A stretch of DNA of 64,000 nt, from NCBI GenBank assembly GCA_963785305.1, contig CAWAUV010000008.1, positions 352,001-416,000 of the forward strand, given 5' to 3'. Source of the stretch: an uncultured Planctomycetaceae bacterium. GTDB taxonomy: Bacteria > Planctomycetota > Planctomycetia > Pirellulales > PALSA-1355. Each line of letters opens with the position of its first letter. Positions within the stretch are counted from its first letter, which is position 1. Positions 57,741 to 64,000 of this stretch are shown one piece after another. Position numbers and translations under genes: made by a program. The notes under the pieces were generated by a model. The model searched no databases. It was given only the letters and a program-made list of their open reading frames with translations, and had not been told where the DNA came from.

Positions 57741-58307
57741 GTGGAGCCGTCGCTTCCCTCCGATCCCCGTCCGGCGCCGGGCCCGTCAACCCGGAGCTTG
57801 CCGTCGCCGAGCTCACCATCGCCGACTTCGCTGCCCGGAGCGCGGCATGAATTCCGCGTGCTGTGGCTTTTGGCCACGATCGCGGCCGCGGCCGCGCTCG
57901 GCGCCCTGGCCGGTCTCTTGCAACTCGCCGGGTTCGCGCCCGTGGGACTCATGCCGATCTCTTTGGGCCTCGGCATGGCGATCGCCGCCGAGCAGCTCGG
58001 GCGCCTCTGGGGCTTGCGAGCCGGGCGCGGGTGGGTCTTCGCCGCCATCGTTTGGACCCTAGTGGCAATCACCTCCGAAGAGGCTATCGGCCACCAAGCC
58101 TACCTCCGCGAACGGCAATCGTTCGAAGATCACAATGCAAAAGCGGCGCTCTTCAAAGAGACCGACGCCGAGGACAGCCGCTGGGCCAGCCTGCTCCGCT
58201 ACTGGCGCGGCCGTTTTGAAAAAGCTCCCGCCCTGATGCTGACCGACGCCGCCCTCACGCTCCTATCCGCCATCGCCTGGACCGAATTCCGCCTCCGCCA
58301 GCGGTGA
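57741..58307 (+). CDS. Hypothetical membrane protein
   Basis: Three to four hydrophobic helices. Confidence 0.55.
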   Translation: MEPSLPSDPRPAPGPSTRSLPSPSSPSPTSLPGARHEFRVLWLLATIAAAAALGALAGLLQLAGFAPVGLMPISLGLGMAIAAEQLGRLWGLRAGRGWVFAAIVWTLVAITSEEAIGHQAYLRERQSFEDHNAKAALFKETDAEDSRWASLLRYWRGRFEKAPALMLTDAALTLLSAIAWTEFRLRQR

Positions 58308-58513
58308 GCGTAGCCGTGCCGCTGACAATGGATGCCACGCCATACCGCCGTCTTGGCGCGCCCCGAACTCCCTCGATATAGGAGCGGCGATGGCAAGGCG
58401 AGCTTTTTTCGATTCTATTTCAGTTCCCGCATTAGAATCTACGCATCACCACGAACGGGCGCTTAGCGGATTGTCTCGGCATGCCCCGTCGGCAAGCGAA
58501 ACAAAATATAGCA

Positions 58514-61500
58514 ATGGAACCGACACCCCGCGCGTACACCATCAAGCTCACCGGCGCCGGCAATTGGCGGGACTTGCTTTGGAGCACTCATGTGGCCGTC
58601 AACCGCGCGGCGCAGGTCTGGGGTGACTGGCTGCTCACGCTTCGCGGCGGTTTGCCAAATTCGCTCGCCGATGAAAATCCGGGCCGGCGAGTCCTGCTGG
58701 CCCTATCGTGGCTCTCGGTCGAAAGCCCAGCGTCGCTTTGTCCCGATGCGTTTCTCGTCACCCAACGCAACGATTCCCAGACGGATCGTAAACGGAAAGT
58801 CGTCGCGCGATTCACCGCGATTCTCAGCCGGTTGCGAATCCCCGATTCGGAGGCGCTCGGAATGGATCGCCGCTTGCGAACCCGCGCTCGAGGCTCGCAC
58901 CCGGGAAGACGCCGTTTGGGTCGATCGGTCCCAGGCTTTTGCCGAGCTTCAAAACCAGTGCCCTGGCCTCACCGCCGATTGGGCCGCCGCGACCCTGTTT
59001 GAATTTTTGGGTGGCGAGGCCGCCTATTTTCAAATGCCGGAAAGCGACGAGGCGGCGCCCACGGAACCCAAAGAATTCGTCCAAAAGGCAAATGGCTGGC
59101 TCAGCCCCAACTGGGGCGCCGGCAAAAAGAGTAATCCCAGCGCCATCAGCGCGACGCTGCTCCGTCTATCCCAAGTCGATTCCACGGCGGTCGTCGGCCA
59201 AAGCGGCGCGGCCGTGCTCGGTAGACTATTATCGGAAATCGGGCAACCGCCCTCGGAACCCGCGTCGGCAGCCGCGGAATACAAGCGGCTGAAGCGCGCG
59301 GTTGGCTGGCAAGGCAGTCCTTCCAAAGGCGCCTTGGTTCTCGAAAAAGTCCGAGACAGCCAATCGCTGACTCCTGAACTATGGCGCCAGGCCGTCGATA
59401 AATTACTTCAAGAAGCCGCCGACAAGTCGGGTAAACAGCCGGGCGGGTCGAACCAACCGGCCTGGATGGACGCTTGGCGGACCAAGTTCGAGCAGCGGCT
59501 CGGATTTCCCTACCGAACCACCCGCGACTTGCTCTGGGAACATGTCGTCGCACTCGACCATGCCTTGCGCCGCCTTTCGGGGGCGCACAGTTGGATCAAG
59601 CTCGCGGAGGCGGAGCGGATCGCCTTCAGGGCCGATGCTAACCAGATTCCACTCGCGGCGAAAGAATGGCTCGAGGCGTTCCGCGAGGGCCGCGCGGACG
59701 ACGGCGGCTCATTGGGCGAATACATCATTCGACGGCGCGCTATCGACGGCTGGGATAAGATCGTTGCCGCTTGGCAATCCCTCGGCGACGCCTCTTCGCG
59801 CGAGCAGCGCATCGAGGCTGCCCGCGAGGTGCAGCGTAACCTTGATGATCAAGAGAAGTTCGGCGACATTCAACTATTCGCGGGTTTCGGCGACGATCAA
59901 AACGACGTCCCGCGACCTTGCCTCGCCGATGACGCAGCGCGATCCGTATGGCGCGATGGCGACGCGCCGAATCCGCAAATTCTCAAGGACTATGTGGCGG
60001 CCACCGTCGCCGATCACAATCAGCGGCGGTTCAAGGTGCCCGCGTATCGGCATCCCGATCCGCTTCGCCATCCGGTGTTCGTCGATTATGGCAATTCTCG
60101 CTGGAAAATCGCCTTCTCGGCACTCCAGGCCGGGCAGCGGCAAAAAAAATTGCGGGCCCGGCTCGCCGCGGCCAAGACCGAAAAGGCGAGAGCCGATATC
60201 CAACGACGGCTCGACGCTCGCCCCGACTTGCGCGACGTGACACTGGAAACATGGAATGGAACCGAGATTGAAAACCTACGGCTCCGCTGGGCCGGCGCCA
60301 GGTTCTCGAACGACCTCGGACTCGATGCATCCGCCGTGGAACTGAATGCGGCGCCCGTGAGCCACGCCGACCGGCTGGGACGGATCGCTGGCGGAAACGA
60401 TGCTCGTTCGCATGTCTCGATATCGGCGGTCTTCGATCAAAAGGATTGGAACGGACGTTTACAAGCGCCGCGCGAACAACTGGATCGAATCGCCGATCTG
60501 GTGTACGGCAAGCGAGGCGAACCCGACTATGCGAAACTTTCCGCCGTCCTTGCCGAAGGGCCCGCCAATAAACAATGGCTCCATCTGCGCTGGTTTCTGA
60601 CCACATCGGCCAAGCTCACGCCACAAGGACCGTGGCTCGACTATGTCGCGCAAGGTTTGCCCCAGGGCATCGAATACAAAAAGGGACGAAGCGGCTACTA
60701 TCTCAGCTATGCCGCGAACGAAGGCCGAAAAAAACGCGCCCGGCTCGTCTGCTCGCGGCTGCCCCGGGTCCGCGTGCTGTCGCTCGACTTGGGCCATCGT
60801 TTTGGCGCCGCTTGCGCCGTCTGGGAAACGATCAGCCGTCAGACGATGGTGGCCGAGTGCCGCGCCGCGGGCCGCCCCGATCCCTCCGCCGCCGAGCTTT
60901 TTATTCACCTCCAACGACCGACCGATAAGCTCCAACGCACCGGCCGACGAAAAGGGCAACCTGTCACGCGAACGATCATTTATCGCCGCATCGCCGACGA
61001 CACCTTGCCCGGCGGCGCCGAGCATCCCGCTCCCTGGGCTCGGCTCGATCGACAATTCGTCATTCGCCTTCAGGGAGAAGACCGACCCGCGCGGGCGCCC
61101 TCGGCGCAAGAGCTCGCCGCAATCAATTCGCTACGCCAGCTCGCGGGATGGCCGGCGCTGGGCGCTGGCTGGCGGATCGATGAATTGCACCGCGAGGCCC
61201 TTGAAGCCGCGCGCTTGGCCTCCGCCGGCTAGGCGATGTTGCCCGAGTGGCATACGCGTTGACCGCCGAGACCAAGCCGATCTCGGGTGGCCGAACCGCC
61301 GCGCGATCGCAAGCAGATCGCGTGAAATATATCGAAGACGCCCTCGTTCTTTGGCAGACGCTGGCGAACTCGGCTCGCGGCCACGACCCTTGGGCTCGCG
61401 AGCAGTGGCAAACGATGATCAGCACACGATTCCCGGAAATTCAATTGCCGGTGAGGCGCCGATGACGATTCGCGCGCGGCGCGCAAAAAAGCGGAATCCT

Positions 61501-62883
61501 CGGCTCGGCCGGCGTTGAAGGTCGTGGCCCAGTGGCTCGTCGATGAACCGGCCGAAGCGCAAAAGCTTCGGCGGCGTTGGGAAGCGCATTGGCGCGAGCA
61601 TGAAGCGGCTTGGCGGGGGCAGTTGAAGATGCTCCGCGCATCGATTTTGCCGCGAAAGAAGGACTGGAAAGCGAACCGCGAATCGATCCGACAAGTCGGC
61701 GGCCTGTCAATCAACCGCATCGCGACGATCCGCGGCCTGTATCAAACGCTCAAAGCGTTCCGGATGCGCCCCGAGCCCGACGATCCGACGAAGAATGTTC
61801 CCAAGCTCGGTGATGAATCCCTGGCGAGGTTCGGAAAGCGAATCCTGGCGACGCTCGAAAAACTCCGCGAGCAGCGCATCAAACAACTGGCCAGCCGCGT
61901 GGTGGAAGCGGCGCTCGGCGCGGGCCGCATGCCTCGCGCCCATGGACGCGACATCCAACGCCCCGGCCGCCGTGTCGACGCCCCATGCCAGGTGGTCGTG
62001 ATCGAAGACCTGGAGAATTACCGGCCCGACGAAACGCGCTTGCGACGCGAAAATCAGCGGCTCATGGATTGGGCCGCGAGAAATGTGCGAAAGTACATCA
62101 TTGAAGGCTGCCAGTTACATGGCCTGCACTTCGTTGAAGTGTCGCCCCGGCATACCTCGCGGCAAGATTCGCGAACCGGGGCGCCGGGCATTCGCTGCGA
62201 GGACATTTCGGGGCATGTCTTGCGGCTCGCGTGCCAATCGGCCGAAGCTGCCGGCGCGGCTGCCCCCACGACGCCCGAGACTGTCCCGTCGCAAGAGACC
62301 AAACAAGCCCGCGAAATTCGCTACTGGGCTCGCGAGATCCGGCGGATTCGCGGCAAAAACGAAGGGGAGCCAAAGCCGCGGGAATCGATCGTCGCGAGTT
62401 TCCTGCCCTGGTTGAACGAGGTGCCGGCCGCCGCGACGATCCGCCTGCCACGCCGCGGCGGCGATCTGTTTGTTTCACTCGGCGCCGATTCCCGCGCACC
62501 GCGCGCGATTCAAGCCGATTTGAACGCCGCCGCGAATATCGGGCTGCGGGCGCTCGATGGATCCCGACTGGCGCGACGCTTGGTGGTTTGTCTTGGTCGA
62601 GCTCGCGACCGGGGCGCCGGTCGCGGACTATGTGCAAGGCTCCGCGGCGTGGTCTTCGGCGGCGCCACTGATCGCGCCGCCGAGCACCAAGGGCGAACCG
62701 ACTTCACGGGCTCGCAAGCGATCTTCGAAACAGCCGAAGGCAAGCGCCCTCGTTTGGAATCCGCTTTATTCGTCGGAGCGAGCCGGGACTTGGGAATTTT
62801 CCAAGGCTTATTGGGAAACGATCGAAAAGCAGATTGCCCAGCAATTGCGTTGCCGCCCGACCGACTTCAACAATCCCTTTTGA
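58514..62883 (+). CDS. cas12b: Type V CRISPR effector, large Cas12b-like nuclease (~1450 aa reconstructed; frameshifts ~58857, ~61218, ~61455, ~62556)
   Basis: RAYTIKL...LWSTH.AVN...WLLTLRGG N-terminus; HPDPLRHPVF; RuvC-I VLSLDLGHR; GGLSINRI; RuvC-II VVVIEDL; TSRQDSRTGAPGIRC; RuvC-III IQADLNAAANIG; adjacent CRISPR array. Confidence 0.85.
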
Positions 62884-62925
62884 ATACGCTCAGGGCGGAT
62901 TGCATATTGGACGCCGCGGTGGGTA

Positions 62926-63034
62926 GACTACGGGCAGCGCAATTGGCGCGAATATCTCCCGACAAGTGTCTCCGCATTTAATTGTGAATCCTCGGGAAGC
63001 AGATCACATGTTCGACCGGCTCGGATCGGTCTTT
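62926..63034 (+). ncRNA. Candidate tracrRNA
   Basis: GTGTC (62966-70) complements the repeat 3' end GACAC; AGCAGATCACATG (62998-63010) complements repeat CATGTGACCTGCT at 12/13; TCCCGA/TCGGGA stem; GACCG/CGGTC-TTT terminator-like hairpin. Confidence 0.7.
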
Positions 63035-63224
63035 GACAATTTGGCCCGCGAGCGACGAGGCGCCGCTGAAATGCCGGCCGCTGCTCGCAAGCTCGCAACT
63101 CCTTGTCGAGACAGGGTTTTCGGAATGTCGCTGTTGAGCGTGAGGCGACAAGCGGCCGGGGTCTCGCTGGTCGCTCGCGTTGTGCTCCATAGCACGTTAC
63201 GGAATAAAGGGTTACGATCCCGGG
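63035..63224 (+). promoter_or_regulatory. Probable CRISPR leader
   Basis: Non-coding segment directly before repeat 1; called by position only. Confidence 0.45.
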
Positions 63225-64000
63225 CCCGAAAAGCTCGCCGGCCATGTGACCTGCTGACACTTCTTTTGCTCGCGGCGATCAAGGGCGGCGAGCAGCCCCG
63301 AAAAGCTCGCCGGCCATGTGACCTGCTGACACAATCGGCATGGTGGACGACGACTCTCGCGGTTCCCAGGGCCCCGAAAAGCTCGCCGGCCATGTGACCT
63401 GCTGACACAATGCGATGGGTGGATTCCTGATCGCGCCGAGCCCGCCCGAAAAGCTCGCCGGCCATGTGACCTGCTGACACCTTGCTTCCGGCGGCGAACA
63501 CGTTGGCCGCGTCGGCCCCGAAAAGCTCGCCGGCCATGTGACCTGCTGACACCACGATGGCCGAAAAACTCCTCGAACTCATCGCGGCCCCGAAAAGCTC
63601 GCCGGCCATGTGACCTGCTGACACGGAAGCGACTTAACGTTTTTCCAATCGTGTAGATCGGCCCGAAAAGCTCGCCGGCCATGTGACCTGCTGACACCCC
63701 ATCGCGCCGGCAAGACTCGTGGCGATGCGGCTCCCCGAAAAGCTCGCCGGCCATGTGACCTGCTGACACAAGGAGGCTCATGGTCTCGCGCTCCATGCCG
63801 ACTAAGCCCGAAAAGCTCGCCGGCCATGTGACCTGCTGACACTGTCGGGTTGGCCGCCCGCGCGAACCGGCACGTCGATCCCCGAAAAGCTCGCCGGCCA
63901 TGTGACCTGCTGACACTGGATCATCAGCATCGCGTTCGAGGCCATCCGCAGCCCGAAAAGCTCGCCGGCCATGTGACCTGCTGACACACCTCGGCACGCA
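63225..64000 (+). CRISPR. CRISPR array: 11 identical 36-nt repeats CCCGAAAAGCTCGCCGGCCATGTGACCTGCTGACAC, 10 complete spacers of 35-40 nt, truncated by window end
   Basis: Repeat starts at 63225, 63297, 63373, 63445, 63517, 63589, 63662, 63734, 63807, 63881, 63952; orientation inferred from the -GACAC end and the anti-repeat. Confidence 0.98.

Noticed and set aside
58514..62883. TnpB or Cas12k (CAST) assignment
   Set aside because: Far too long, RuvC catalytic residues intact, and no tnsB/tnsC/tniQ nearby
63224..63951. The base before every repeat is G or C (possible 37-nt repeat or spacer bias)
   Set aside because: Not fixed to a single base, and weak evidence given GC-rich spacers
63004..63997. 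ORFs with repeated VSAGHMAGELFG / VSRSHGRRAFR peptides
   Set aside because: Translations of CRISPR repeats

Overview
GC-rich bacterial DNA, most likely Planctomycetota (inferred from gene families such as PEP-CTERM, PQQ propeller and TDAGL-type LRR proteins, and from REP types). Single-base frameshifts occur in almost every long gene, including housekeeping genes, which points to long-read indel errors rather than true pseudogenes. Three regions stand out. (1) 1-35 kb: a large polymorphic-toxin array with nine Hint-domain toxin/immunity cassettes on two carrier types, plus Rhs toxin fragments. Cassettes are punctuated by repeated ends of an rve-integrase element and by REP/RAYT remnants. (2) 35-58 kb: core and accessory genes (dus, PEP-CTERM protein, SWIM-SNF2 helicase, ISKra4-like element, two-component pair, tRNA-Arg, IS630 fragment, YgiQ-type radical SAM, mscL, type IIG-like restriction-modification enzyme, PQQ propeller). 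(3) 58.5-64 kb: a type V CRISPR locus with a large (~1450 aa reconstructed) Cas12b-like effector, a candidate tracrRNA with a split anti-repeat, and an array of at least 11 identical 36-nt repeats running off the window. No cas1/cas2/cas4 is visible. All family calls come from reading motifs by eye; no database searches were run.
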